Shown one piece after another: positions 22,175 to 34,900 of a stretch of DNA of 64,000 bases. The translations under genes were made by a program, and so were the position numbers. This DNA is from Carcharhinus longimanus (Eukaryota). How positions within the stretch are numbered: position 1 is the first letter of the stretch; each line of letters begins with the position of its first letter. Location: assembly GCA_030264375.1 (NCBI GenBank), contig JASCQW010000128.1, positions 20,554,961 through 20,618,960 of the forward strand, written 5' to 3'. The notes beneath the pieces are model-generated. The model saw nothing but the letters and a program-made list of their open reading frames with translations. It was not told where the DNA came from and made no database searches.

Positions 22175-25100
22175 GAACGTACGAATAGGAGAAGGATTAG
22201 GTCATTCAGCTGCACAAGCATGTTCTGCAATTCAGTAAGGTTATGGTGGAACTGAATCCAGCCTCAAGTCCACTACCTCAAAATCACGGACTCCCTTGTA
22301 GATGAAAACTCTGCTGAAGCCAGCTTTGAATATATTTAATGATTCAGCCTCCACTGTGTGGTAGAGAATTCCAAAGGGCAAACGGCCAAGAGATGAAATT
22401 TCTCATCTCCATATTAAACGGAAGACCCCTTATGTTTCAACTGTGCCAGTTAGTTCTCGATTCGTCCGCCAGTTGCAGGATGTAGGTGGTGCTGGCTAGA
22501 CCAGAGTTTGCTGCCCCTCCCTAATTGCCCTCAAAAAGGTGATGGTGAAGTGCTGTTAGGAAAGGAGTTCCAAGATTTTGATCCAGTGAATGGAAAGAGA
22601 TATAGTTCCAAGTCAGGATGGTGCCTGCAAGTGGTCATGTTTCCATATATCCACTATACTTGCCCTTTGAGGTGATATGAGGTTGTAGGTTTGGAGGGTA
22701 TCAAAAGAACTTTGCCAAATTGCTGCGATATCTTTGGACCTGTGTGCCAATCAAGCAAGCTGCTTTGTCCTGAAAATTGTTGAGTTTCTTGAGTGTTGTT
22801 TGAGCATACACTATCAGAAGGACGTGACTGCACTGAAGAGGGTGAAGAGGAGGTTCATCAGGATGTTGCCTGGGATGGAAAGTTTCAGCTATGAGATTGG
22901 ATAGGCTGGATTTGTTTTCCTTGGAGCACAGAAGGCTGAAGGGGATCTGATAAAGATAAACAAAATTATGAGGGGCATAAATAGGCTAGATTATAAGAGT
23001 ATTTTCCCCATGGCAGAGGTGTCTAAAACCAGAGGGCATAGGTTTAAGGTGGGGAGGGGATCGGAGGAAAATTCTGTTAACCAAAGGGTGGTGGAAAAAT
23101 GGGACATGCTACTTGAGGGGGTGGCGGACAGGCACTCACACAGCATTTAAGAAGCACCGAGATGAGCACTTAAATCACCAAGGAGTTGTAGGCTTTGGTA
23201 TATGGGATTAGCATAGATTGGTATTTGATGGCCGGCATAGACAGTGGGCCGAAGAACCTGTTTCTGTGCTGTATGACTATGACACTCATCCAGGCAAGTG
23301 GAGAATATTCCATCATGCTCCAGACTTGTGCCTTGTAGACGGGGGAGAGGTTTTACTGTGTCAGGAAGCGAGTTATCCACCACAAAATTCCCAGCCTCTG
23401 ACCTGCCCTTGTAGCCACAGTATTTGCCTGGTCCAGGTCAGTTTCTGGTCAATGCTAATTCACCCCAAGGACATTGATTGTAGGGGATTCAGCAATGGTA
23501 ATGCCATTGAATGTCATGGGGAGATAGTCATCATGTGGCACGAAAGTTTTTTTGCCATCTGTCAGCCCAAGCCTGAATATTTTCCAGGTCTTGTTGCATA
23601 TGGGCATGGATTGCTTCAGTACTTGAGGAATCACGAATGGTACTGAATATAGTGTAATTGTCTACAAACATCCCCACATCTGACCTTATGATGGAGGGAA
23701 AGTCATTCACTGATAGCAGCTGAATATTAGGCACCAATGAACACATACACCTTCCTTTCTGCTAGGTATGACTCCAACTAGTGGGGTTATCTTACCCAAT
23801 TTCCATAGACTTTGCTAGGTCTCCATGATGCCACACTTGATCAAATGTCAAGGACAGTCACTCTCACCTCAGGAGCTCAGTTCTTTTGTTCACAGATCAA
23901 GACTGTAGTGAGGTCAGGCGCTGAATAGCTCTGGCCGAAAGCAAACTGAGCATCAGTAAACAGGTTATGGCCACTTGATAGCATTGTTGATTATACCTTA
24001 ATCAATTTGCTGATGGTTGAGAATAGACTGATGGAGCATAATTGGTCAGGTTGGATTTGCCCTGCTTTTTGTGGATGGGAGATACAGGGACAATTTTCCA
24101 CATTGCGGGCAGTTGTCAGTGTTTTTGCTGTACTGCAACAACGTGGCTAGGGGTACGATTAGCTCTGAAGCACAAGTCTTTAGTACTATTGCTGGAATGT
24201 TGTCAGGACCCAGAGATTTTGCAGTATCTAGTTACTTCAGGTGTGGTGATATTTGTCAAATTCACTGAAGACGGATATCTGTAATGCTGGGAATCCCAGT
24301 AGGAGGCCAAGATTAATTAACCACTCAGCACTTCTAGATGAAGATAATTACAAATGCTTCAACCTTGTCTTTTGCACTGATGGACTGGCCCTGCCATCAT
24401 TGAGGATGGGGACATTTGTAGAGCCTCCTCCTCCATGTAGTTGTTTAATTGCCCACCACTATTCATGACAAGATGTGGCAGGGCTGCAAAGTTTAGATCT
24501 GATTCATTATTTATGAGATCATTTAGCAATTCTATTACATCCTGTTTGGCATACATGTGGTTGTGTGTTGTAGTTTCACCAGATTGATGCTTCATTTTTA
24601 GATATGTCTGGTGTTGTTGCTGCTACATCCTCCTGTACTCTTCATTGAACCAGGATTGATCCACTGCCTTTTATGATAGACTGAGGGATATGCTGGGCCA
24701 CGAAATTTCATATTGTGGTTGAATGTAATTCTGCAGGTGGCCCACATTGACACAGGAATACCCAGTTTTGAATTGCTAGATCTGTTTGAAATCCATCCCA
24801 TTTAGTATGGTACTAGTGCCACAAAATACAATGAAGGGCATCCTCAATGTTAAGATGGGATTTTGCCTCCACAGTGCAGTGGTTACGCCAACCAACTGTC
24901 GTGGACAGATGTATTTGTGACAGGTAGAGTGGTATATGTTTCAATAAGATCACCTCTCATTCTTCTAAACTCCAATTAGTACAGACTCAACCTGCTCAAC
25001 TCTTCCTCACTAGACACTCCTTCATCCCAGGAGTGAGCCAGATTCATCACTCCAGATCATGAATGTAGATTGCAAATAGGTGACGCCTCAGCACAGATCC

Positions 25101-25460
25101 GTAAGGCACCCCATAAGTGTGATTTGCAAACCTGAGCATTAATTAGCCAAGAGTTAATCCATGTTTTTCACCCTAACACCATCTTGGGTAGTAACCTTTT
25201 ATATGATACCCTTTTGAATATCTTTTGTAAACCCAAACACACAAGTTCCCCTTTATCCACTCTGTTACATCCTCAAAGTACTGTAATAAATTTGTTAAAT
25301 TTTAAAACCATACTGACCTTCCTGATTGATCTTCTAAATGTCCTGCTACTGCTTCCTTAGTAATGTTCTCTAGTATATTCCCAATGACAAACGTTAGGCC
25401 AACTGGCCTACAGTTTCTTGCTTCCTGTTTCCCTCCTTTCTTGAATAGGGGTGTCGAGAA
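22175..25460 (-). mobile_element. Nested LINE cluster: CR1 (-; 22175-22465 plus 24935-25460) interrupted by a CR1-clade LINE (-; ~22475-24930), itself interrupted by a CR1 3' end (+; 22813-23281)
   Basis: The middle element gives RT remnants (NDFPSIIRSDVGMFVDN...MQQDLENIQAWADRWQ). The outer gives TPLFKKGGKQEARNCRPVGLT. The inner gives KIMRGINRLD...SKTRGHRFKV and a (CTATGA) tail, flanked by ACACT (22808-22812 / 23282-23286). Confidence 0.75.
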
Positions 25461-27439
25461 CAGTGGATAGAGGTGTTTTGTTTTAAAAGCATGAGGAAAT
25501 GGAAGGGGAAGTGATGAGACACTGCTCTTAAGGGTTGCAATGGGCTGTATTGTCAATATCTGTGCTATAAAGTTCTATGATTCTGGGACAGGAATTTAGC
25601 AATCATTCCAGGTTCAAAGGCTGAAAACAAAAACTCAACCCTTGTCACAAAATCAAGCATATCAACACAATGAATAAACCACATCACAAGTAATTTTATA
25701 ACCTACTGAACTGTGAAAATGTTTATATTTTTTAAAATAGTACTACTAAAGATTGCATAGAATAGTTAAAAAAAACTGTTTCACCCAAATCCCTGAAGCT
25801 CACTTTTCACTATCTAAAACATAATAAGTTCTCTGTTTCTATACCCATACTTAATTTGCACCACAGTCCATCTCACTAAAAGTATTTACATTTGGCAATT
25901 TGGGTTCAGCGATGGGAAACCAACAGCTGTGTGCTTGAAACCCAATCATGTTTACAACAGCAGAACCATGTACCAATGACCCCACATTTTAATGTGTCTG
26001 TAGCGCTGGCTGGCTACATTTGCACTATGAAATGCAACTGATGGAGAGTCTGATGGAAGTCATCAACCTGAAACAGATGCTACCTGGCCTGTAGAATATT
26101 CCAGCATTTTAGACAAAGGAAGACTAGGTCTCCCTCTATACAAGTTATCATATTCATATCAGGATATATTGTTTCACAATGTCATTAAATCAGGACCTCA
26201 TAAATTTGTTCTGATGGTTCACTCATAGCACCAAAAGAAATCTGTGAAGTTGGCTATTTCAACCTGCAACTTTTGCTTGTTTTTTTAAAAAATAGTCACT
26301 TTTTACAGCAAGTAGAATGCACAATGTTATGGACGGAAGACAAAACTTAATTCACCACTACTGAAATTTACACAGATTTAGTTTATACGCTTCCAATCCT
26401 GATCAGTTTTAAATTAACCAATATTATACTATCAAATGTCATAGGAATGTCGGTCTTTTTACTACTTCTGTTTCATTACCACCAATAAAAAAAAATGGTG
26501 CTCATTCAAAGTGCTCATGTTGTATCTATCTGAACTATGGATTAACACCCAACAACACAATTTCAAAAACTCTGAGCTTCCAAAATTGAATTGTGCCTGT
26601 AGTGAAAAGAGATTAAATCTACAATGAACATGTTGAGGTGTCTTTAGTAGGATGAAGCACTCGTAGTTTGTCACAAATGATGTTAACAACAGAAGAAACT
26701 TGATATTGTATTTTGGTATTATTCAAACTAATTGAATTATATTGATTTAAGTGTGATTTCCCAACAGTGCATTCAAACCAGCACATCAACCAGCGACAAC
26801 ACAGTTTACGTTGCTCGTTTGACACCAGAATAAGGCTACTTAATGAGAGGACCAGAATTAACAACAGGCTTTCAGGTTAAGACGACATCGCTTTGCCTCA
26901 ATCAATTTATCAAAAATAAAGAGCTGTCGAATGGCAGATCAGGAATGTAAGGAAAACTTTTGTTTGGGAGGGGGCGGGGGAAATCGGGTAGCAGAATTTA
27001 CGCACCAGTTACTACACGTTTTGAAATAAGATAGTTACTTACCAGTTTTATTAGAATTACCTGAAATACACAAATCTGCCAAATGATTGGACGACACGAC
27101 AGAAGGTTAGGGCAGCTATACTGAGCTGGGGCAGCCCGTCCTGAGGACACAGAATAAGCAGCTAATGGTGGGAAAATAAGTGTCCCCATCCAGTTTGTCA
27201 GTTCCCACTTCTGTATTAATACATAAATATTTTCAAAAAGCAACTTAACTTCCTTCATAATTTATATTGAAACATTGAGGAATAAACATAAAAATAGTTC
27301 ACTATAAACGAACTGTCACTCTACCCATCAGATCCCAGCGTTCTTTATCGGCTGTCAGCAAGCGAGGGAAAGCAATAACATGAACACTTTCTGAAAAAAA
27401 GGAGGCAAAGAAAAACAACTTTTACAAGGAGATACCCAC

Positions 27440-27500
27440 CACCGCTCCAACGAACGCCATCTTAAATCTGAGGGAGACGATAAAGCTCGAGCAAGCAGCG
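27440..27500 (-). other. Candidate first (5' UTR) exon of the HELZ-like gene
   Basis: CpG-rich minus-strand stretch ...AAGATGGCGTTCGTTGGAGCGGTG followed by donor gtgggt at 27439. The 5' boundary is uncertain. Confidence 0.5.
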
Positions 27501-27760
27501 CAGTCTCGCGGCGTTTTGGCGGACGGTGGAATTGGCGCTGTGTCAGTGGGGGGCGGGGTCAGCGCGCCGTGATTGACAGGCGGCGTGTGTCACTTCCTTA
27601 GCATCATCACACTCTCGCGGTGATTGTGACGCAAGCGCCCCTGCCCCTATGTGTGGGAAACCCCTGGCGTTATTGCGTTGGAGACGCCATTGTTGTGGCC
27701 GAGAAGTGGTGTCGGTTTGAAATCGTGGGACTTGCCATTAATGTGCTGCCCCTGTCTAGC
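27440..27760. promoter_or_regulatory. Bidirectional CpG-rich promoter shared by RBBP6 (+) and the HELZ-like gene (-)
   Basis: Sharp CpG enrichment against a CpG-poor background. Contains a GC box GGGGCGGGG (27550-27558), two TCTCGCGG motifs, and YY1-type CGCCAT at ~27455 (AAGATGGCG on -) and ~27686. It lies between the two divergent 5' ends. Confidence 0.7.
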
Positions 27761-28776
27761 AGTAAAAGTACTTGAATGGCTACTTATTTATTTTTAAGTA
27801 TTGGCTATAAATGAGATGCAGTGATGAGTGAGAGGTAGGGCCGCTGCAGTGCGAAGATGTGTCTGAGGAACGTTGAGGGGCCTATCGATTGGAGCTAAGC
27901 CTAGGAACCACCCGCCAGGAAGCCGGCCTGTCTTGTGTGCGGTCTGTTTGGAGTGCGGACTTTTGCGTTCCTGCATCACACACAGTTCCCAAATCTTCCC
28001 CACCCACCCGCTCCTCCTCTTTCTTGTTTGCCCCCTTAATCTTTTGGACAATAGACCATGGATCCCACTTGTTCCTGACAAATACTTGCCGAGACAAAAA
28101 AAGAGGCGCACCTCTGGTGATACTGGGGTCTTGTGTGCGTTATGTGTATTTTTCCTCGTTTACTTTACCGTTAATACAAGTGACTTTTTTCATTTAAAAA
28201 AATCCCGTCCCAATCTTATTTAAAAAGGAGACGATATTTAAGAGATGCTCCTGAAGACAGTGTCTGTGGGCGAGAAACTAATCTAGGCACAGTCGTTACA
28301 ACAGGATTTTCCGAATGAAGGAAACCAAGACTCAAACGTGGATCCGATTCTCTTAGATTTTAAAAAAAACTGCGCCGAGAACTACTGCATTGCGGCTTTG
28401 TAATAAAAAGGAAGAGGGAAAATAAACTGAATATTTTTGAACTCTTTACCTTGGGAAATAAATCCTTTGGACTTCGTACAATTTCTTGGACATTTAAACT
28501 ATACCATTGACTTTTGAACTATCCGGTTTATTAGTGAGTAAAACCGCTAGTATTTAATTTTGTGCAATGTGCAGTTGAAAGCGAGCCCGTTATTTCCTGA
28601 CTTTACGTCCAGTATAGTGTTTTTTTTATAAATTGCTTTAATACAACAAAGTCTAAAATACTTGAATTTCAGATATTAAATTGTGAAAAAGAGGATTTTT
28701 TTTTGTTTTTGTGTTTTGCAGTGGTAAAAGGGTAAAACTTTTTTGTGGGTAAGGCTTGTCCCATTAAAAAAACAAA

Positions 28777-28942
28777 ATGTCGTGTGTACATTACAAATTT
28801 TCTTCTAAACTGAACTATGACACGGTCACTTTCGATGGGCTTCATATTTCTTTGAGTGATCTAAAGAAAACCATCATGGCCAGGGAGAAGTTGAAGGCGG
28901 CAGATTGCGATTTACAGATCACCAACGCACAGACTAAGGAAG
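28777..28942 (+). CDS. RBBP6: RBBP6 coding exon 1 (166 nt, DWNN domain)
   Basis: MSCVHYKFSSKLNYDTVTFDGLHISLSDLKKTIMAREKLKAADCDLQITNAQTKE; donor gtaagt at 28943. Confidence 0.97.
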
Positions 28943-31900
28943 GTAAGTTGGCCACAGTGACTTATTTCTACTTAAATACTGTTTATCAATCTGTCCTTTG
29001 TTTCATGTTGCTTCTAACTCCTATGTTACGGTAGACAAGATGGCGCACGTTTGCTGGATTTGTCCGATTTCGTAAGGACGTTGGCCGCAGCAAGCCGAGC
29101 TTATTAACTGTTTTTGGCGCTGCGATATAACTTGCCATAATAATAGCTTCAACCTTCAGTGCAACTTAATACCCATTTATTAAAAAATCACCAAGACACC
29201 ATCTACTTTTTCCTTGTGCTTTTCCGCAAGATAAGTGTTTATCTTTCCCTTTGTCAGTCATAAATTGTGCTCCCATCTCCAAGAGCACATCATGAACTTA
29301 AATAACCCGTGCAAGAACTCCAAACCTCCCAACTAATGTTTCTTAGAGGTCATTTAGCTTTCGCTGCGTCGTCTCGAAGAGTGCCCTTCAGGCGATGACG
29401 GTCTGAAGCAATGTAGTGCGCATGATGACAGTAGTAATTGGCAAAAATTTTCATGTTCGTGGCTGTCCAACCTGGCTTGAATCCTTGTGAAAGCATCGGT
29501 TTTAAAAACCGATTGCAGTGTAAATTGATTTTAAGGTTACGTATTGTCTACCATTGTATTTTTAAATACTGAGTTTTGAATCAATGATTTTAAAAACGAC
29601 TATTTAAGAACACAATAGCTTTAGAGTTTTCAAACGTTGTGTGAAAGCTCATTTGTCATGTATTTTTCCTAATTAGTAGGATTGATCTATTGGAGTGGCT
29701 ATCCTCTGAACAGAATGAAAATTCTATAATGTTGAAGGGACAATTAGTCAACTCTTGTTGATCTAAGCCTAAATCCGCTGCCGTTTTATTGCAAGTTCAT
29801 GTCAATTAAGTTGTGGAATGTAGATACTTGAACTTTTTAATCTAATTGTAGTAGTACTTTCAGCAAGATTTCAGTACCTTATGCTGTCATATAGGAATCA
29901 CATCCCTCTGAGCATGGTATTTCCTTGACGTGCTTGCAGTATCTGACATTTCCTAACATTCCATGTGGGTGTACCTCTACCCATCAGTCCATGTGGGTGT
30001 ACCTCCACCACATGGACTGCAGCGGTTCAAGACAGCAGATTACCACCAACACCTCGAGCGATTAGGGGCGGACAAATGCTGACCTAGCCAGCGATGCCCA
30101 ATATATCACTGTTGTCCAGATAATTGAGATTGCTGTTGTCTGGTTCCACTATTACCAGTGCAGTTGTAGCTAGAGAATGATTTCCAATAGCTTCTCATGC
30201 TTCCATACAGTTGTGTGGAGTTCCATGGGAACTTTTTTCAGCTTTTTACTTGCACCAAGCTTATTACTTGCACAACCTCAGGACGTACAAAACTACCTTA
30301 CAGGCAATGAAATACTCTCTACATGTAGTCTTTGTGGTATATCATGTAATTGTTAAATCATAACACACTGTTCAATTCCATGTGTCTGTTTGAAAAAAAT
30401 CCAGCTCTAACTCACCAGTTTTTCATTTGATGACTTTATTGACTGGTTGGGCTGCTTGTCCGTCATGCAGTCCTGGGTGAGCTAAAATTTCTGTCTGCTA
30501 CATGTTGGGAAGATCAAAGCTATTGTGTTTAGCCATTGCCGCACACTATACTCCTTGCCCCTGATGTCATCTGCCTTCTTGGTCTGCATGTTGCACAGTA
30601 GCAAGTTGTTCACAACCATGATGTCTTTCTGTAAGTGGTCAGCCTCCTATATCTCTCACCCTCAACTTTGTCCTTGTCCAAAGTTCACCAAGTTCCATTC
30701 ACCATCACCACCAATCACTAACGAACAACAATCTCCAGTCCTGTAAATTTTTGGTTTAAAAATTCTGATCTTATTGTTGGAATGTTTCAATGGGCTTCTT
30801 CCAAACTTAGAATCTTCAAAGAACTGCACTCTCTAATGAACCCCGCATTTTCCTCACCCACCAGTGATCATGCTGTCAAGGCTCTCTTAATTCCCTTGCT
30901 ACACCTTTCCATCTCTTGTCATCAGAATTCCTTAAACTCGTGTCTTTGACCAAGCTCTTTGTCACCTGTCCTAGTGTTTTCTTTCACAATGTCAGTTTTT
31001 ACCTGCCTGCACTGCTGTGAAGTTCCTTGAGATGTTTTACTGCGTTAATAGTGTTCTATAAATGTGGCATAGTGGTTAGCACTGCTGCATCACAGCGCTG
31101 GGACCTGGGTTCAATTCCTGGTTTGGGTCGCTCTTGCAGATTCTCCTTGTCTCTGTGTGGGTTTCCTCTTGGCGGTCCAATTTCCTTCCACAAACCAAAG
31201 GAAGTGCTGGTTAACTGCATTGGCCATGCTAAATTCTCTCTGTACCCAACAGGCGCTGGAGTATGGCAACTGGGGAATTTTCATAGTAACATCATTGCAG
31301 TGTTCATGTAAACTTATTTGTGACACCAATAAATAAACTTTGATCTGTCAGACGACATACAGTGATCTCAATTTTGTGTTTCTACAATATTACTTAAGAT
31401 GTCTTGTTTCAATGGATGCTGGAACAAGAAAATTAAATGGCTTGCATGTGTCTTCACTAATGTTGATCAAATGCAGTAAGCTATGATGCAGTACTTTGGA
31501 CCAGCTAGATATTCATGGATAATTTCAAGACTTTGATCTTTGAGTCTTTGCCCAATGTTGATCTCTTGTGGTCTGTGCTGATTGTGTTTCCCGTCATTAA
31601 AAAAGGCTGAGTTGAAGAATATTTCAAGAAATGCGTTCACCATTGTTTAATTATTCAATTTGAATTGGAGAAAAAATAGTAATTTATGATCTTGAGTTCC
31701 TTATATTTAGGACTCCATTCAGTGGCATGTATGGTTCATCCAGTTTGATGTGATGGATATGTGACTCGAAATTCGACTGGAGTTTGCTTATATTTTGACA
31801 GGTTATAGATGAGGATAGCATTTTAATGCTAGTTTGTCAAATAGCATTTTTTTAGCTCCGCAGAATTTTATCTGATTCTTGGCAAACCTGATGGTTATCA

Positions 31901-34900
31901 AACAGCACTTAACACAGTCACAGAAAGCAGTATTAAGGCAGGTCACCAAAACCTTGGTTCAAAGACATTGGTTATTAAGAAGCGTCTTAAAGGAAGAATG
32001 GGAGGAAGTGAGATTTGGAACGGGAATTTGTGAACTTTGAGTCATAGCAACTGAAGGCAGGGCCGCTAATGGGAGCATTTAAAACCGGGTGGTTCAAGAG
32101 GCTAAAATTGAAAGAGTGCAGATACTTCAACAGAAGTAAGAGATCACATAGATTGGGAAAATCCATGGTGGGCTTTGTAAACCAAGCTGAGAATTTTAAA
32201 ATTGGGCATTGTTTAACCAAAGATACTGGATAAATGAAGATGGATTATGGTATTTGGTTTTAGTTAAAACAAGAGCAGCATACCTTCTAGATGAGTTCCT
32301 GGAATGATAAGAAAAATGGGAATAGGTAATTTGGCTGCTACTCCACCAGTCAGCAAGATCATAGCTAATTTGATTGTGGCCTTATTCCATTTTCTTGTCT
32401 GCCCCTGTAACCTTTGTCTAACTCTAGTTTGAATATATTCAATGACGTAGGCACGGATTCGAAAGGCAACATTATGTTGAAGGATTTTTGAAGAGGCACA
32501 GGAGATTGGAAATGGGACAGTAGTTTGTATTGATGGGTGGGGAATCAATGTTTTTTGAGGGTGTGATGATAGCAGATTTGAAGAGAGAAGAACTACCCAA
32601 GGAGTGAGACTGGTTAATGATATCTGTTAATATGATGGCCAGAGTGGGACAATAGGTGGTCAACAGTTGAATGGGAATAGGGTTGAGGAGCAGGGGGAAA
32701 AAATGAGCTTTGACAGGCAATGGGGGGGGCGGTGAAGAAAATAAAGTAGCAAGTAAGTTCAGGGCCTTGGGGCAGCAGAAGTCTTAGATGGAGTTTGACA
32801 AGGAGGGCAGAGGTACCAGATTTGATGTCCCCAATCTTAGTAACCAAGTCCATGATCTCCTTGCACATTGGAGGTGAACATGGAGGGGATGGAAAGAGGG
32901 GCTGAAGACAGTTTGCTGAGGGCTGCCTTTGCTTTTCAAGATAGTCCTGGAACAGAGTTCTTGGCAGTTGTTAAAATGGCCTGATAATGTTTTATATTGT
33001 CCAGCAAGATCTGGAGATGGATAGCTGAACTGCTTGTCCTATTGGTTTCAGTCTGCATCCCTTGGAGTTGAAGTAAAGATAAGGGGTGTACCGTGTGGAG
33101 GGACCAGTGTTTAAAATATTAATGATTTAAATTAAATATGGTGAATGAAGGGTCATGAATCAGGGGAGAGTTCTTTTACCAGGGGCCAGGTTGGTGGGAA
33201 CAGGTTGTGGGAGGGGGGCAATATAAGTGATCAGAAATAGTCTTGTGTGATTCACACAATGGGAGGAACAAAGCCTCTTGAGATGGAACAGCCAAGAGGG
33301 TGGTTGTGAAGATGGGTTGGCGAGTTTCTATGAGGGAGAGACTAGATGGTAGGAAACAGTGAACTCTGAGGTGAGACAGTATGTTGAGATGGAATTTGAA
33401 ATCACTAAGTATGTGAAACCCCTTGTTGCAGAGGTTGAGGAAGAAAAGCAATGAAGATATTTTAGTGAAAATTTATAAAGTGGTTCATGCAGGAGTATAG
33501 ATTTGGTCTCCATGGAAGTCCAAATTTGAGAAGAAAAGAGTGCTCACTAAGGGAAAGGAGCCAGTGATGGGCAGTGGTAGTTTAATCTCGCAATTAATTT
33601 GTAGTTGGGATTAAAATGCATTTAATTTTAGGGCCAGGGAAGTTTGAATGGAAGAGATGAGATTGGGGAGAAGAAGCACAAGGGTGGGGAGCTGACCAAG
33701 CAGGAGCCATTTTATATCACCAAAAAATTCATTTTGAAAACAAAGGACTAGTCAAAATCTCTGTTGCTCTGATCTGGCAACAATATTGCCAAGACTCATC
33801 CATATCTTGCAAAGTTCTCTGACAGAACTGCTATTATATTTTAATTGAGTTTTCTTATGCACCTTTTGTAGCAAAATGTTTTCCAGCAGTTTTTAACTAA
33901 ATATTAAATGATAAAAACATTTTAGTTCTTGATAAATCAGAACTTGTGTCTGTGTCTCATCAGAAATAATCATATAGCAAGTTGTGGATATTAGCCAGTT
34001 TAACGGTGAGATTTATTTGGCCTGTGGGCTCAAAAATCTGAACTACAACCCTGGGATAATTTCATTTTATGTCATTGTACCTTTAAATAATCCAGTGAAT
34101 CAGCAGTTTGAACATTTAAGTTCAGTTTGCAAAATTGAAGTGTAAAACGCTTCTGTCAGTAAAAGTACTATGCAACTTAGCATTATGTAAATAAATGTAA
34201 CTTCAGATGATTGATCTTGTGAAAAGTACTATTTTAAAAACTGAAATTTCAGTTATGTCAATATTATCCGATTCATGTCATGAGGAATTTGGATGCTTTC
34301 GTTGCCATATGATTTTGATTGCTAAATGTTATGTTAAACTGAATATTATACAATAGGAAAGTGGCTGTTTATGGTTAAATATTTTTTAAATCATTCACGT
34401 TTTTATTATAGTCATTTGATAGCTACCTTTTCATATTATTTCACTGTAAGACATATCAGTCGAATAGAGATAGGGAAAAATTATAATGTGATGCTCAATG
34501 TTGTGAAGCTTTGTCCCATTGACAGGGCAAGTGTTATATTCCACAGTCCCCCATTGTGCATGCATACAAGGTTTCCATGATCACATGATTCTGCAATTTT
34601 TAAAACAGCAATCTGAATTCAGCTGAGTAATGAAATGAGCTCGTTCTACAAATGGTAGATCTATTATTAAAAAGGAAAGCTGATGTGGTAATTTTAGACC
34701 GTAGATCTTCTGTGTGTACAGGAATCCTTTCATGTTGAAATGCTACTGTCTTAAGATGTGTTATGCTACTCAAATCCTCTATTGCTTTGTACTCATTCAA
34801 GATTAATCAGCATTGCACTTTTATCAATAGAACTTTCTAGTAAAGTGCTTTGGAAATTTTCACCCCAGAAGTACCGAAATTGACAAGCTCTTTAGCTTAA

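Noticed and set aside
27794-28223. Several overlapping ORFs in the GC-richer region before RBBP6
   Set aside because: They lie in the RBBP6 5' leader, mostly have non-ATG starts, and show no protein resemblance.
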